Below are positions 13,692 to 27,209 of a DNA stretch of 64,000 nucleotides, one piece after another; the first letter of the stretch is position 1; each line of letters opens with the position of its first letter. The notes beneath the pieces are model-generated. The model was not told the DNA's origin. It did no database searches and saw nothing but the letters and a program-made list of their open reading frames with translations. A program made the translations under genes and the position numbers. Source of the stretch: Squalus acanthias (lineage: Eukaryota); NCBI GenBank assembly GCA_030390025.1, contig CM059432.1:17486001-17550000 (forward strand), in the 5' to 3' direction.

Positions 13692-14439
13692 GTCCCATAT
13701 TTTCCGATCGGAGGCTTCCTGCGTGCGGAGGCCTCCGATCTGGAAAAATCTACGAATTTACCTGAGGGCTCCCGAGGTGCGTATCGTTCCGGTCCTGGGC
13801 CTCTCCAACTCGAAATGCGCAGGGCCCAGGTATCCCAGAGGCGCAGGTGGTTCGCAAGCGTCCCTGGGATCACGTGGGACATGGGGAGCCAATAGGAGAA
13901 GGGAATCTCCCTTCATACACTTGACAGATAGACCTGTCAAATATATGAATGGAGATCACCCCAAAAACACAGTAAAACATTAAATACATTAAAAAAAATA
14001 GCACTTTTTAAAAAATGAGTTCAAATTACAATAAATTAAATATTTTAAATAAAAATTTTATTTTTTGAAAAAAATAATTAACTTTTTTTATGGGGTTAAA
14101 AATAAACTTACCTTTTTTAAAAGTATTTTTAAATGATAAAGGAGTGAAAACATTTTTTTTCAACTTTTATGCTGGTAAAAGCAGGCCTTACGCCTGCTTT
14201 TACCAGGCGTAAGATTTCTAAGGGTTTTCTGCGGGCGGAGGTTCTCCAGAAAGTGGAACTATCCGCCCGCAGAGGCCCTTCTCCAGGGCAAGTGTCCGAT
14301 CTGTCAAGACCATTCTTGACAGATCGGAAATGCCGGTTTTCAGCGCATGCGCGTCACATGCCTAAAACCGGCATTTCCGATGTCCCCACGGGTGTGTACA
14401 CAGCCCGTACAAACCCATAGGCATTGGAATATACGGCCC
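13692..14439. mobile_element. Harbinger-type MITE, related to 7324 and 18534
   Basis: Degenerate TIRs gtcccatattttcc / ggaatatacggccc; TSD ATT (13689-91, 14440-42); shared gggatcacgtg motif, ccgg..ccgg hairpin and AT core. Confidence 0.75.
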
Positions 14440-14597
14440 ATTGTTGCGTTCATCTGCTTTTATTATTAAGTCATTTTTAGCCTATAGTCTAAATACCTAA
14501 TATTATAAACTAGAATTAGGTGAATATACCTTAATGTTCTCCATGAAGCCATGACAACCTACCACCTAATTTTTTTACCCACATCTTTACAAGTTTA

Positions 14598-15895
14598 CAG
14601 GAACATGGGAACAGGAGGAGGCCATTTAGCCCCTCAAGCCTGCTCCGCCATTCAATGAGATTATGGCTGATCTGTGACCTAACTCCATATACCCGCCTTT
14701 GCCCCATATCCATTAATACCTGCAGTTAACAGAAATCTATCAATCTCAGATTTAAAATTAACAATTGATCTAGCATCAACTACCATTTGCGGAAGAGAGT
14801 TCCAAACTTCTACCACCGTTTGCGAGTAGAAGTGTTTCCTATCTTCACTCCTGAAAGGTCTGGCTCTAATTTTTAGGCTATGTCCCCTAGTCCTAGAATC
14901 CCCAACCAGCGGAAATAGTTTCTCTCTCTATTTACCCTATCAGTTCCCCTTAATATCTTGAAAACTTCGATCAAACCACCCTTTAATCTTCTAAATTCCA
15001 GGGAATACAACCCGGGTTTGTGTAATCACTCCTTGTAATTTAACCCTTGGAGTCCAGGTATCATTCTAGTAAATCTACGCTGCACTCCCTCCAAAGCCAA
15101 TATATCCTTCCTAAGGTGTGGTGCAGAGAACTGAACACAGTACTCCAGGTGTGGTCTAAACAGGGCTTTGTACAGGTGTAGCAGGACTTCTAACCCCTTG
15201 TATTCTAGTCCTCTAGATATGAAGGATTCCATTAGCCTTGTGGATTACTTTTTGTACCTGTCCATGACATTTTAATGATCTATACTCATGGACCCCTAAG
15301 TCTCTTTGGACCTCCATTGTTTCCAGCTGTTCACCATTTAGAAAGTACTCTGATCTATCCTTTTTTGGCCCAAAATGGATGACCTCGCACTTGCCTATAT
15401 TGAAATTCATTTGCCACATTTTTGCCCATTCACGTAATCTATTAATATCTCTTTGTAATTTTTTACTTCCATCTACACTGCTTATAATGCCGCCTATCTT
15501 TGTGTCATCGGCAAACTTAGATGCGTGGCTCTCTATCCCCTCATCTAAGTCATTAATAAATACAGTGAATAGTTGAGGCCCCAACACAGATCCCTGTGGG
15601 ACACCACTAGCCACATCCTGTCAATTTGAGTACTTGCCCATTATCCCTACTCTCTGTCTCCTGCCGCTCAGCCAATCTCCTAACCAGGTCAATAATTTGC
15701 CCTCAATTCCATGAGCTTCAACTTTAGCTAACAGTCTCTTATGAGGGACTTTATCAAATGCCTTCTGGAAGTCCATATAAATAACATCTATAGACATTTC
15801 CCTGTCCACTACTTCAGTCACCTCTTCAAAAGAGTCAATCAGGTTCGTCAAGCATGACCTACCCGTTACAAATCCATGCTGGCTCTCTCTGATCA
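14598..15895 (-). mobile_element. 5'-truncated CR1 (RT domain to tail), disrupted
   Basis: [38 protein letters not shown]. Confidence 0.9.
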
Positions 15896-16735
15896 GTTTA
15901 CCACCTTTTCCTATATTTTGGCAAGTATCCTATATTGCAGATTATATATTGAGTTACATTAACATTTACAATGTAGGGATGGAGATGCTTGAACGGCTTG
16001 GAATTACACATTGGTCAGGAAGTTGGAACAGGTGACAGAACTAACAGCATCCTGTAGAGTTAGTAACTCCACAGGGCAAGCCACAGCAAACGAGAAAGGG
16101 AGTCAGTGATGCATAATCTTCCTTTAGGCCCTGCTGGCTAAATGATAGCATCAGTGAGGGCTGGGGTTAGTTATTTGTACAATGTAGATACACATTCCAT
16201 GAGAAATCTGCGTCACTTTGAGTTGTCCAGTGACCTCTGCTGAATGGTACATGATTGTGGTCATTGGATAAGGATATGGTGGGGCCTTGCTGTGCTACCC
16301 TCATGGTAAATAACCATCTGACACTTGCCATCTAGACACATATGGAACAAATGGCCATTGGGCGATGTACTGATGGGCAGTCAGTACCTGGAAAACATGA
16401 ATCAGCAGCTTCAGGAGACAAAGGAAGAAAATGAAGAGGAAAAAGTCACTGTTTCAGACATGGGAGTAATGAAGTTGAATGTCTTGTGCTCTGCTAATAT
16501 CCCCATGCGTGAAGAGCACTAAGAACCAGGCATGGTTACTTTAACTATGAATAGGCTGAAACATTATAGACTCCAGACTTATATTGTCACTTAATTTGAA
16601 ATTCTCAAAAGGATGAAACCATTAAGTAATTTTTAATTTGGCTGGGACTTGAATCAACTGTCTTATAACAATATGATGGAGGTTACGATAAACAGCCTCT
16701 CGATAGGTCATGATAACAAAAAGGCGAACATGCCT

Positions 16736-17092
16736 TTCATGACTTCAGGACATCCCAAAGCGTTTCACAGCCAATGAAGTACTTCTGAAGTGTAGTCACT
16801 GTTTGTAGACAAATACAGCGAGGTCTCACAATCAGCAATGCAATAAATGACCAGTTGGTTGAGAGGTAAATGTTGACTAGGACACAAGAAGAACGCCCCC
16901 TCCTCTTCTTTGAATAGTGCCATGGGTAGACGGGGCCTTGGTTTAACATCTCATCTGAAAGACAGCATCTATGACAGGCAGAGCAGCACTCCCTCAGAAG
17001 TGCTAGATTAGATTTTGTGCTCAAGTCTCTGGAGTGGGGCTTGAACCCATAACCTCCTACCTCAGAGGCAAGAGCGCTAGCAGTGAGCCAAT
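16736..17092 (-). mobile_element. Deu-domain SINE (degraded)
   Basis: Reverse-complement match to the 22372 copy, including A/B boxes. Confidence 0.75.
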
Positions 17093-17719
17093 GCCGGTTT
17101 AACCATGAGAGTTAATTCACTCATTGATTTTGTACAAGATACAGATAAGAGAATTTTTAACAAAATCACCATTCACTTGAATCACTAGAATTCTTCTGGT
17201 ATTGACTAGAGGTCATTGGGATATTAGTAAATACAATTTACTGGCCACTATTACAAAAGCAATTTTAAATGATTAACAATGTGATCAATATCAGGATTAT
17301 TATAGTCTATTTCCCCACCATGTAATACAAGGCTATTCCCTGTATTGTATATGCTTATAATTTATACTAGTACCTACATTTTCCTGTATTCTGCTAAAAG
17401 CCTGGTATTATATGTGTATATTAACAGTCATGTGATGCTGTATACTCTCAATCTGAACCATGCTACCCTAAATAATACATGAACCTGAATGGATGAGCTT
17501 GAGCCGAGAGCACATCATGAAGTGAGCTGGCAGTGGAGTGAAGAGGGCACAGAATGAGAGTAAGGACTTCTATAAAGGAATTTGGTGAAAGGGGGAATTC
17601 CGTGCAGAGCGGAAAGAAGGTGCTAAGTAGACTGTCTGATATTATATGTAATAAAATAAACTTTAAAGTATAATAAACTAACTAACCCTAACAATGCCAG
17701 CACAGGAAGGCAGTAACGT

Positions 17720-18115
17720 GTTTGCCTTGGCTCAATGGTAGCCTCTGAGACAGAAGGTCATGCGTTCAAGCCCCACTCCAGAAACTTTACCACATAATCA
17801 AGGCTGGCACTTCAGTGCAGTACTGGGGAATGTGCCACCTTTCAGATGGATGTTAAACCAAGGCCCCGTCTGCCCTCTCTGGTGGATGTAAAAGATCCCA
17901 TGGCACTATGCGAAGTAGAGCAGAGGCATTCTCCTGAGGTCCTGGCCAACATTTATCCCTCAACCAACACTAAAATCAGATGATCTGGTCACTTATTTCA
18001 TTGCTGTTTCTGGGACCTTGCTGAGGGCAAATTGGCTGCCAAGTTTCCTACATTACAACAATGACTACATTTCAAAAGTACTTCATTGGCTGTAAATCGC
18101 GTTGGGATGTCCGAG
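17720..18115 (+). mobile_element. Deu-domain SINE
   Basis: tggctcaatgg A box, gttcaagcc B box, aaagatcccatggcact core. Confidence 0.8.
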
Positions 18116-18119
18116 TGCT

Positions 18120-19300
18120 AGTGAGAGTTTGAAAGGGTATTCACACCGGTGCGAGTTAGGGTGCAGGCAGTGGAAGTGGAAAGACGGATGACTTTCCGAG
18201 GGGTGGGAAAGGCAGGAAGGAAAAGCTAGAACAGGAGAGCCCACAACAAATTATGCTGTCAGACATAATTGGAGCTCCAACGTCCTGTGGTTAAATTTAA
18301 CAGGGCTGTCAAATAAATATCAAGGGCGTCAACAAATAAAAGCAGGTTTAAGTTGGGGGGGCGGGAGAGAGGGGTTAGTAATACAGCTAGAAATAAATTA
18401 GTGAAAAGGACACAAGCTTTTGTAGTCCAGACCGATAGTCCAGGATGCTTTGTTGCCTCCCAGGTGCTAGGTTAAGGGACATATTGCATAGACCGGAAAA
18501 CGTGTTACAAGAGGAGGCAGAGCACCAATCATTGGCCCAAAAATTCGTGAGGAAGCCTTCGTGCGAGGGTAAGGCTTCCCCGCGATCTCTCACTGCGCGT
18601 TGGCTTTTTCAGTTCCAGCTCGCACGAACTTGATGTTCTGGACAGCTGCTGTGCTGGGCTTGCGTATCCCACCGGCGTAGTTAATTCGTGCGAGCTGTGG
18701 GATCACGTGACTCAGTTAGAGCCAATGGCAGCACACCATCTTCCATTCATAACTTTCACATAAGTGCTGTGAAAGCTATGAATACTATAGCCCCCCAAAA
18801 GAACAGCTAAACCTCAATTAAATTTTAAAAAAAACCCATCACATTAATAAAATAAGTATAGTTAAATAAATTAACCATTTTAAATAAAAAATTAAATTTT
18901 TGAAAAAATTTAAAATCTTTTAAAAAGTTATAAAAATAAACTTACCTGTCTTTAAAGTCTCTAAAAAAATATACCTGTTAAAAAAAATTCAAAATAATAC
19001 TTAATTCACTACTTACCTTGTTAAAAGTGGGTCTTACTCCTTTTTTTATGTGTAAAATCTTCCATACTTACCTGCGCGTTGAAACCACTAAGTGCACTGC
19101 ATGCGCGCAGCCTGTAGCGCGCACGCGGTTCACCTAGGAACCGCCCCCTTTTCCATTCACCAAGTGCCGGTTTTCAGCGCATGCGCAGTGCATGCAGAAA
19201 ACCGGCAATTGGAGACAGAATACGCGAGAGTACACAGTGCATACTCTCGCGTATCAACACAAATTTTTGGGCCATTATGATCCATGTGACGTAAAAATGT
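18120..19300 (+). pseudogene. CR1 ORF1 (esterase-like) relic split by a MITE
   Basis: SRMLCCLPGARLRDI..ENVLQEEAEHQS|IMIHV matches ORF1 at 51220-52170. Confidence 0.65.
18534..19273. mobile_element. Harbinger-type MITE
   Basis: Perfect 12-bp TIRs ggcccaaaaatt / aatttttgggcc; TSD ATT (18531-33, 19274-76). Confidence 0.9.
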
Positions 19301-19344
19301 CAAAAACATAAAAAGAACAATAAAGCATTTTACAAGTAAATCAG

Positions 19345-19465
19345 ATTCCAGTGCAGCACTCCCTACAGTGTCAGCCTAGATTACGTGCACAACCCACTGG
19401 AGTGGAGCTTGAACTTAGAACCTTCTGATTCACATGTGCGAGTGCTACCACTGAGCCAAGGCTGA
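19345..19465 (-). mobile_element. SINE tRNA-derived head fragment
   Basis: Reverse complement of the SINE head (ctgagccaaggctga). Confidence 0.65.
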
Positions 19466-19858
19466 GGCGTGACCTGACGTAGGTCTTGAAAATTATGTAA
19501 GGTTTTGATAGAGTAGAACACAGAGAACGTGTTTACACTTGTGAGGAAGAACAAAACTAGAGGCCATCAATATAAGATAGTCACCAAGAAATTAAATAGG
19601 GAATTCAAGAGAAACTTCTTTAACCAGAGAGTGGCGAGAATGTGGAACTCGCCACCACAGCGAGCAGTTGAGGTGAAGAGTATCGATGCATTTAAGGGGA
19701 GGCTAGATAAGCACTTGGGGGAGAAGGGAATAGTGGGTTATGCTGATAGAGTTAGATGCAGAAGGATGGGAGGAGGCTCGAGTGGAGCATAGCGCCGGCA
19801 TGGACTGGTTGGGCTGATTGGCCTGTTTCTGTGCCGTATATCCTATGTAATCCTATGT
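19466..19858 (+). mobile_element. CR1 3' end
   Basis: TRGHQYK..RNFFNQRV..WNS; tail (cctatgtaat)n; TSD aaggctga (19458-65, 19859-66). Confidence 0.85.
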
Positions 19859-19879
19859 AAGGCTGAAACCTAAGACCAA

Positions 19880-21615
19880 AAACACAGAGTAGGAGTTAAA
19901 GGAAGTTTTTCAGAGTGGGTAGTGATATCCCACAGGATTCAGTTCTAGGATCACTTCTGTTCTCTCTGTAGATCAACAATTTTGATATAGACATAGAGGG
20001 ACTGCTGCGGAAATTTGTAGACAATACCAAAATAGGAGGTATAGTTAATTCTTTAGAAGACCAAAGGAATATTGCTAAGATAGGGGAATGGGCTAAAAAG
20101 TGGCAGATGGAATTCAGTGTTAGTAAGTGTGAGGTGATGCATTTTGGTAAAAAAAATAACAGCAGTAATTGTACTCTGAATGGAGAAGGCTGGGAGGTAT
20201 GGGCTGGTGCTAGGGGTGGGGATTCCCTATCGATACACAGCCGAGGGGGTGGTCCACACCCCTGGGATCTACCCACCTTTCTCCGCCACATTCCAGTGCC
20301 ACGGGAGCCTTCTCCTCTTTGCCAGATTTTCCATGCTGCCCTCCCCTCTGCTATTCTGCTACAACCATTTACAGCTCCTCTGGACCCAGCTTTTGTTTCT
20401 TTACTTGCCCCCTTATCACCCCCTTTTGCCTTGCACCATCATCCCTTTTATCATTTAATCACTCCTGCCTTCTGCCCTTTCACAGACCTATCCCTTCACT
20501 CTTTCCTCCCTTCCCCTTTTCCCTGGCTCTTTTCTTACTTAAAAGCTGTTAACATCATCCAGTTCCGATGAAAGGTCGTCGACCTGAAATGTTAACTCTG
20601 CTTGTCTCTTCACAGAAGCTGCCTGACCAGCATTTTCTCTTTATAGTTCAGATTTCCAGCATCAGCAGTATTTTGCTTTTATTTCAGTTCGGGTAGTTTG
20701 TGCAGTATTGGATTTCACATTAGGGGAAGGATATTGAGGCATTAGACAGGGTATAGTGCCGATTCATTAGGATACTGCCTGATGTAAGAAATACAAATAC
20801 AAAGACTTAAAAAATATATTTTTTTCATTAGAACAACAGTTATGAGTCGATATGATAGAAATTTTAAGATTATGAAATGATAGAAGAGAGTAGGTAGAAG
20901 CAAACTGTTTCCAGTAGTTGGGAGGTCTAGAATGAGGGGCCATCGATACAAGATTAAATGTAAGTTAAGTTACAGGAGAGATTACACAAATTCGGGTTGT
21001 ATTGCCTCGAATTTAGAAGGTTAAGGGGTGATCCGATCGAAGTTTTCAAGATATTAAGGGGAACTGATAGGGTAGAGAGAGAGAAACTATTTCTGCTGGT
21101 TGGGGATTCTAGGACTAGGGGGCATAGTCTAAAAATTAGAGCCAGACCTTTCAAGAGTGAAATTAGGAAACACTTCTACACACAAAGGGCGGTAGAAGTT
21201 TGGAACTCTCTTCCGCAAACGGCAATTGATGCTAGATCAATTGTTAATTTTAAATCGGAGATTGATAGCTTTCTGTTAACCAAAGGTATTAAGGGATATG
21301 GGCCAAAGTCGGGTATATGGAGTTAGGTCGCAGATCAGCCATGATCTCATTGAATGGCGGAACAGGCTCGAGGGGCTGAATGGCCTCCTCCTGTTCCTAT
21401 GTTCCTATGCACGAGATTTGGAACAGAGAGCAAGAGAAACTTCTTTATAGAGAGCTGTGAGGCTGTGGAATTCACTTCCAGGGGTAGTGATTGAGGCGGT
21501 AACTATGTTAACATTTAAGTTTGGATTGGATAGCTAGATGAAGGAAAAGGGGATAGAGGGAGATGGTGACCGGGTGATTAGGATGACTTTTTTTCATGGT
21601 AAGTAATTTCTATGT
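19880..21615 (+). mobile_element. Old CR1 split by a Penelope-derived piece (~20182-20685) and a younger CR1 3' end (~20960-21408)
   Basis: WQMEFSVSKCEVMHFG in the old copy; LEFRRLRGDPIEVFK..TRGHSLK in the young copy; hammerhead-like ccgatgaaaggtcgtcgacctgaaa near 20565. Confidence 0.7.
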
Positions 21616-22371
21616 AAAACAGCAGAAAAGCAATACTGCCAGAAATGCCATAATCAGTGAGCAACCCAAACCAGCGTCAGTAATAAAATCCACATGGTTT
21701 GTATAATCATCTTATAAAATAATGGTTGGCAGCTGTACAAAGTAATGTTTGATTGTTCTCACACCCTTCATTATTCCCCATTTGGTCATGCCGAAGTCTT
21801 TTTTTTGGGAACTGTGGAATGGAGTCTTCAGGTTTTTCCTCACATGGTCAGGAGTCATTCTCAAGCAGCTCTTAGCAGCTCGTTATAGAGCAACATTGAC
21901 CGAGGCATCGGAACAGTTCTCTGGTCTGCCCTCTTGGCTAGGAAAAGTTTGTTATACAGTGAAACAGGGAGTATACAGGGAGATGCGGAGAGAAAGCAGA
22001 AAAAAGTTGATAAAAATAACTGGCCCACACTGCAATTCCATCCCTAAAGCCTTCCACCTCCCTCTCCTTGAAACCCACCTCGGACCAAGCTTTTGTCCAC
22101 TCTCTTACTATCTCCTTCTTTGGCCCGGTATCCATATTTCCCTTATGCCTTTGTGAAGCGTCTTTGGATGTTTCTGTACATTAAAGGTACTATATAAATG
22201 TAAGTTGCTCTTGTAGTTGTTCCCTCACTAAGTAAGTGTTTTATGGAATCTCTTGATTCAATTATTGCCTATGTCTTGCTATTGGTCTGAATTAACCCCC
22301 ACATATTATTATATTAGTAATAGTCTAAGTTCCCTCACAGTCAACTTATAAAATGTTTATGGTAAATCACG

Positions 22372-22850
22372 TGTCAGCTGTGGCTCAGTGGGTAGCACCC
22401 TTGCCTCTGAGTCAGATCGGGCGTGGGTTCAAGTCCCACTCCAGGGACTTGTGCGCAAAAATCTAGGCTGACACTCCGGTGCAGTGGTGAGGGAGTGCTG
22501 CACTGTCAGAGGCGCCGTCTTTTGGAGGAGACGTTAAACCGAGGCCCGGTCTGCTCTCTCAGGTGGATGTGAAAGATCCCATGGCACTATTTGGATGACG
22601 AGCAAGGGAGTTATCCCCGGTGTCCTGGCCAATATTTATCCCTCAACCAACATTTATCCCTCAACTAAAACAGATTGTCTGGTCATTATCACATTGCTGT
22701 GTGTGGGAGCTTGCTGTGTGCAAATTGGCTGCTGCGTTTCCCACATTACAACAGTGACTACACTTCAAAAAGTACTTCTGCTGTAAAGCGCTTTGGGACG
22801 TCCGGTGGTCGTGAAAGGTGCTGTATAAATGCAAGTCTTTCTTTCTTTTT
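22372..22850 (+). mobile_element. Full-length tRNA-headed Deu-domain SINE (SacSINE1-like)
   Basis: A box tggctcagtgg, B box ggttcaagtcc; Deu-type core (gccgtctttt..ttaaaccgagg..aaagatcccatggcact..ggtgtcctggccaa); L2-like tail ending (cttt)n. Confidence 0.85.
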
Positions 22851-23482
22851 ATTATTAGCTTGTGGTAATATCAGCTGCATTACCAAGAGACATTGAACCA
22901 TGACTAACACTGTATCAATTCGATTATACGCTCAAATCAATTTTGGTTCTGTCACGTTTTGAGTATTCGGACTATGCCACCATGAGGGGATTCTGATGTA
23001 ATATATGCTAAAAATGCTACTATTCAAAACATAGCTCTCAAGAGGTTAAATTCACAGAACAGCAATGCTAGGAGATGTTGAATATGATACAGACAGGGTG
23101 TCTGGACCAGTGCGCTTCAGAAAATGGAAGTTAGTTTGGACATTTCGGTGATTGTTCACACCTATTGTGGTTGAGATGGTGATACTTTTGAGATCAGCAG
23201 GGTAGTTTGTTGAGACTCCACTTCTTGGTGTAAGAATGAATGAAAAGGAGACAGAAAACCCATGCTCAGGGTCAGTTCTGGTCTAGCAAAGGCTGTGAGA
23301 AGACATCCCTTGGCCTGAGCTGGGAATTAATATATAGCAGGTCAATTTTCCCAGCTGGAAGCTGACCCGAGAGGAAGTTAAACAAAAAGCAAATATTCCA
23401 TCCACTATTTGGGATAGTGTAGAGTGTTTTTTGTTGTTTTGTGTTATGTGTACAGGAAGCATTGTAGAACGAGTTAAACAAA

Positions 23483-23770
23483 AAGGTCTAGAGGGCATAA
23501 GTCTAAGATTATCATTGAAAGATGGAAGGGAGAGGTTAGGGGAATTCTTTTTAGACAGAAGGTTGCTACAACATGGAATGCCCCACCAGAAACAGTGGTG
23601 GAAGTAGAATCCATCATAGCTTTTAGACGGGAAGTGAATCAATATTTGAAAAATAAAAACTTGAAAGGTATTAGGTAGGAGCAGGGCAATGGAACCAAAT
23701 GGATAGCTCTTGGGGAGAGCCGGCACAGTGTAGTGGGCCAAGTGGTCTCCTTTTGTGCTATAAAATTCTA
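23483..23770 (+). mobile_element. Old CR1 3' end
   Basis: ctagagggcataagtcta..; 3' hairpin gccggcacag..ggcc..tgtgcta. Confidence 0.65.
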
Positions 23771-23771
23771 A

Positions 23772-24382
23772 GGCACCAAATTTTCAACAGGGGCCAAGCT
23801 GAAATCCCAGCAGATCGCTGGACTGGGGGGGCTGGAAAATAGGGTGGAAGTCAGCTTCACCAAGACTGTGCTTTCTGTGCAGCCATTTCTTGGTGGGGGA
23901 GTTATGGGTGGATTTTCTGCCGGCCCTCCTATGTCAAGGGGGTGCATCCGGGTGAGTTCTTGAGCTACCTTGGGAATTCCGTCTCTCTATGAGCTACTCA
24001 ACCAAACTCATCCTAGCTGAGAACTGACATGAGTCCCGGTGAGGCCTATTAAAAGGGAAAGGAAATCGATTCCGGAGGGCATTGATATACTTCCCCAAGA
24101 GGCCTGCTTGCTCCATTGGGAGCAGGGGAACACAAGAGGATGATTTTCTTTGGGGGTCTCCCTTCTGCCACCGGCATGGCATGTCACCACTTTGGCATTC
24201 TGTCGGCAGTTTGGGCACGGCACCACTGACCTGCCCTTGCAGGTGTAACACGCCGGCCCTAGCAATACAGATGACACCATCCCTGGGATTTGGGACAAGG
24301 TCTCCGGCCTGGTGATAAGTTGCCGGGATTTCTGCTCTACTGCCCTTGTGCCAGCAAGGAACTTTCAGAAATTTCTGGCGCC
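23772..24382. mobile_element. Old MITE, Harbinger-like termini
   Basis: ggcaccaaattttc / gaaatttctggcgcc; imperfect 3-bp TSD (taa/aaa). Confidence 0.5.
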
Positions 24383-24444
24383 AAAACTAAGATTCTGAGA
24401 GGCAGTTATGCTGTTGTCTGAGAGTCAGGTTATAACACTTACAA

Positions 24445-25045
24445 CATAAGGACATAAGAACATAAGAAATAGGAGCAGGAGTAGGCCATTCGGCCCTTCG
24501 AGCCTGCTCCGCCATTCAATAAGATCATGGCTGATCTTCTACCTCATCTCCACTTTCCTGAACTATCCCCATATCCCTTAATTCCCTTAATATTCAAAAA
24601 TCTATCGATCTCTGTCTTGAATATACTCAACGACTGAGCCTCCACAGCCCTCTGGGGTAGAGAATTCCAAAGATTCACCACCCTCTGAGTGAAGAAATTT
24701 CTCCTTATCTCAGTCTTAAATGGCCGATCCCTTATTCTGAGACTGTGACCCCTGGTTCTAGACTCCCCAGCCAGGGGAAACATCCTCCCTGCATCTACCC
24801 TGTCAAGCCCTGTAAGAATTTTGTATGTTTCAATGAGATCACCTCTCATTCTTCTAAACTTTAAAGAATATAGGCCTAGTCTACTCAATCTCTCCTCATA
24901 GGACAATCCCTCCATCCCAGGAACCAGTTTGGTGAACCTTCGTTGCACTCCCTCTATGGCAAGTCTATCCTTCCTTAGGTAAGGAGACCAAAACTGTACA
25001 CAATACTCCAGGTGTGGTCTCACCAGGGCCCTATATAATTGCAGT
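24445..25045 (-). mobile_element. Young 5'-truncated CR1
   Basis: Open ORF2 C-terminus RPHLEYCVQFWSP..GYGDSSGKWR plus (ttcttatg)n tail. Confidence 0.9.
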
Positions 25046-25556
25046 TATATAACGTATTATATAAATCGCTATAAATATAAGAGCAGTGAATTTGGCCACG
25101 TGAATTCCTTTGTAACGTAATTTACAGTTACTGCATTTGTTTCCTTCTCATTTCTTCCCCTTTCCTGTTGCCACGTCATCCCTAGATACATCTGCTTTAT
25201 TTCAGCTGAAAATCACTTTTTTCCAGCCTTCGAGAATAGTGAGATTATCCCTAAGATAACTTTGACCACGAGCAGGAAATGATCTGTCAGGTGATACAAC
25301 TTGGGCAAAAGGGAAATGGAGCTCATGTGTAACAAATGAATTGCAAAACAACATTAAAAATAAAAGTAAACATGCTTTCATCGGCTCATTTTAGCCCAGT
25401 TCTGCAGAGTGCAGTCGAACAGCTGCATGGCCTGTTCATCATACTCATGTCACATGCAAGTGAAGTGATAATATTTTTGAGGCACAGTGACACATTTTGA
25501 TGTGGCTTGTGCTATTATTTGAAAACATATGTAAAAGCAATACCAATAAAGATTGT

Positions 25557-25729
25557 CATGATGTGGAGATGCCGGTGTTGGACTGGGGTGGACAAATGTG
25601 AGAAGTCGCACAACACCAGGTTATAGTCCAACAGTTTTATTTGAAATCACAAGCTTTCGGAGCGCTGCTCCTTTGTCAGGTGACGAAATAAAACTGTTGG
25701 ACTATAACCTGGTGTTGTGCGACTTCTCA
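25557..25729 (-). mobile_element. Penelope-derived mini-element with 46-bp inverted arms around a hammerhead-like core
   Basis: Arms 25597-25642 / 25686-25731; core on minus CTGACAA..GAAAGCTT; 13-bp direct repeat caataaagattgt (25544-56, 25730-42). Confidence 0.8.
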
Positions 25730-25799
25730 CAATAAAGATTGTGACCTACTTAAACACATCGTTCCTGTAACTATGAAGACAGAGGCCTTGAAAGTAGGC

Positions 25800-26870
25800 T
25801 GTCCAGAAATTGCTGGAGAAATAATGGCAGGTACGCGGCGCTCGCCATTATTAGTTTGCAAAATAAGCACCAATTTGTGGCGAAGAAGAGAGGCGCCGTG
25901 AGTTTGGTTCTCCACAAATTGACGGACGATTTGCGCCGTACCATTGTTAGCCTCGCCAGTACCAAAATAATTGCAACCTCGCCGTGAGCCTCCCCATTGA
26001 AATTAATTGCACGTCAATGAATTGCTGGATTTATGTCGTTGATGTGAATTAATCTCGCCACAGCCAATTAAAGCTGGTAGCTCATGTCCTGAGGACCCTG
26101 TTAATGATGTGATTTATAGTCCTGACATGTCACTCAACCTTGGAGGCTCAGAGAGGGAACAATTAAACTCTGGACTCTCAGACCCGCAGGTAGTAACTTT
26201 TTCCTAGAGGTTTTTAAAAACAATTTTATGCCAGTCTTGACATTCCCACTCCTGTTAGTTGTATCATGCAACCACCAGAATGGCAGAAGACAAACTAGAT
26301 GGATTTTGGTCTTTTTTCGTCTCGCAATTCCTATGTTCTAATGAAAGCAGTTCCACTGCTCTTGATCATGGTGATCATGCTGGTTCAATACTTCAGGACT
26401 CAAGAATATTCGTATATTTGGCACACCCACCCTGCCATTCACTCATAACTTCTCAAGGACCAATACAACAATTCCCAAATATGACTGGGTTACAATGCCC
26501 TCTTCGTCTGCGTTCTTTAAAAATGTTTTCTTACCTTCCCTTTCTGTCTCTTTTTTCTCTCTCTCTCTTAATCCACTCTCTTTCTTTCCCTCTCTGTATT
26601 TCCCTTTCTGGCTCTAAATTGACTCTAATTCACCTTATTTCCTTCTCCGTCGTTCGCTCGCTTTCTTTCTCTGTGTCATTGGCTAAAGAGATAGATCAAT
26701 GGCCACGACCTTCATGAGGTCCCAGGTGTGACATTGACATCACCGCGCCATTATCAATTCGCATTTCCAGCAATTTGCAGTGCAAGTATAGTGCGATCTG
26801 AAGGGTGAGGTTAAAATGTCCAATTCACTTCGCTTGCCACGAGATGTGCCATTCCAGCAATTTCTGGGCC
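25800..26870. mobile_element. Non-autonomous Harbinger-type element
   Basis: TIRs tgtccagaaattgctgga / tccagcaatttctgggcc (16/18); TSD not preserved. Confidence 0.65.
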
Positions 26871-26955
26871 GTTAGTGTGTTAACGACTAACGTATTCTCT
26901 GCACTTCCTTTGCCTGTTATTTTAATGGAGGCATTAACCTGTCTATACGTTTAAG

Positions 26956-27143
26956 ACCCTGACATTCTCTGGGGGTTTTACTGATCTCCTGCCATAACTC
27001 CTATCGGGCGACTGGTGGAACCCCCAGAGAAACAACATGAATGGCTGAAAACGGCCATTTACTCCACTTCCCTGGAGGCCCCGTCGTTCTCTGGTCGTGA
27101 CTCCAGAGGGAGACTGGTAGGAGCCACGTGGAATTTCAGGGCC
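26956..27143. mobile_element. Short palindromic MITE
   Basis: gaccctgacattc / gaatttcagggcc termini; fold-back internal symmetry. Confidence 0.45.
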
Positions 27144-27209
27144 CCCGAGTTGTTTGTCCGCTAATGATTATATAGCGTAATTTCAAGGCTGTTCATTTGT
27201 TTGAATTCA

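Noticed and set aside
22372..22445. tRNA gene
   Set aside because: The A/B boxes belong to a SINE head that continues into the Deu core; the same applies at 3322, 17090, 17720 and 19465.
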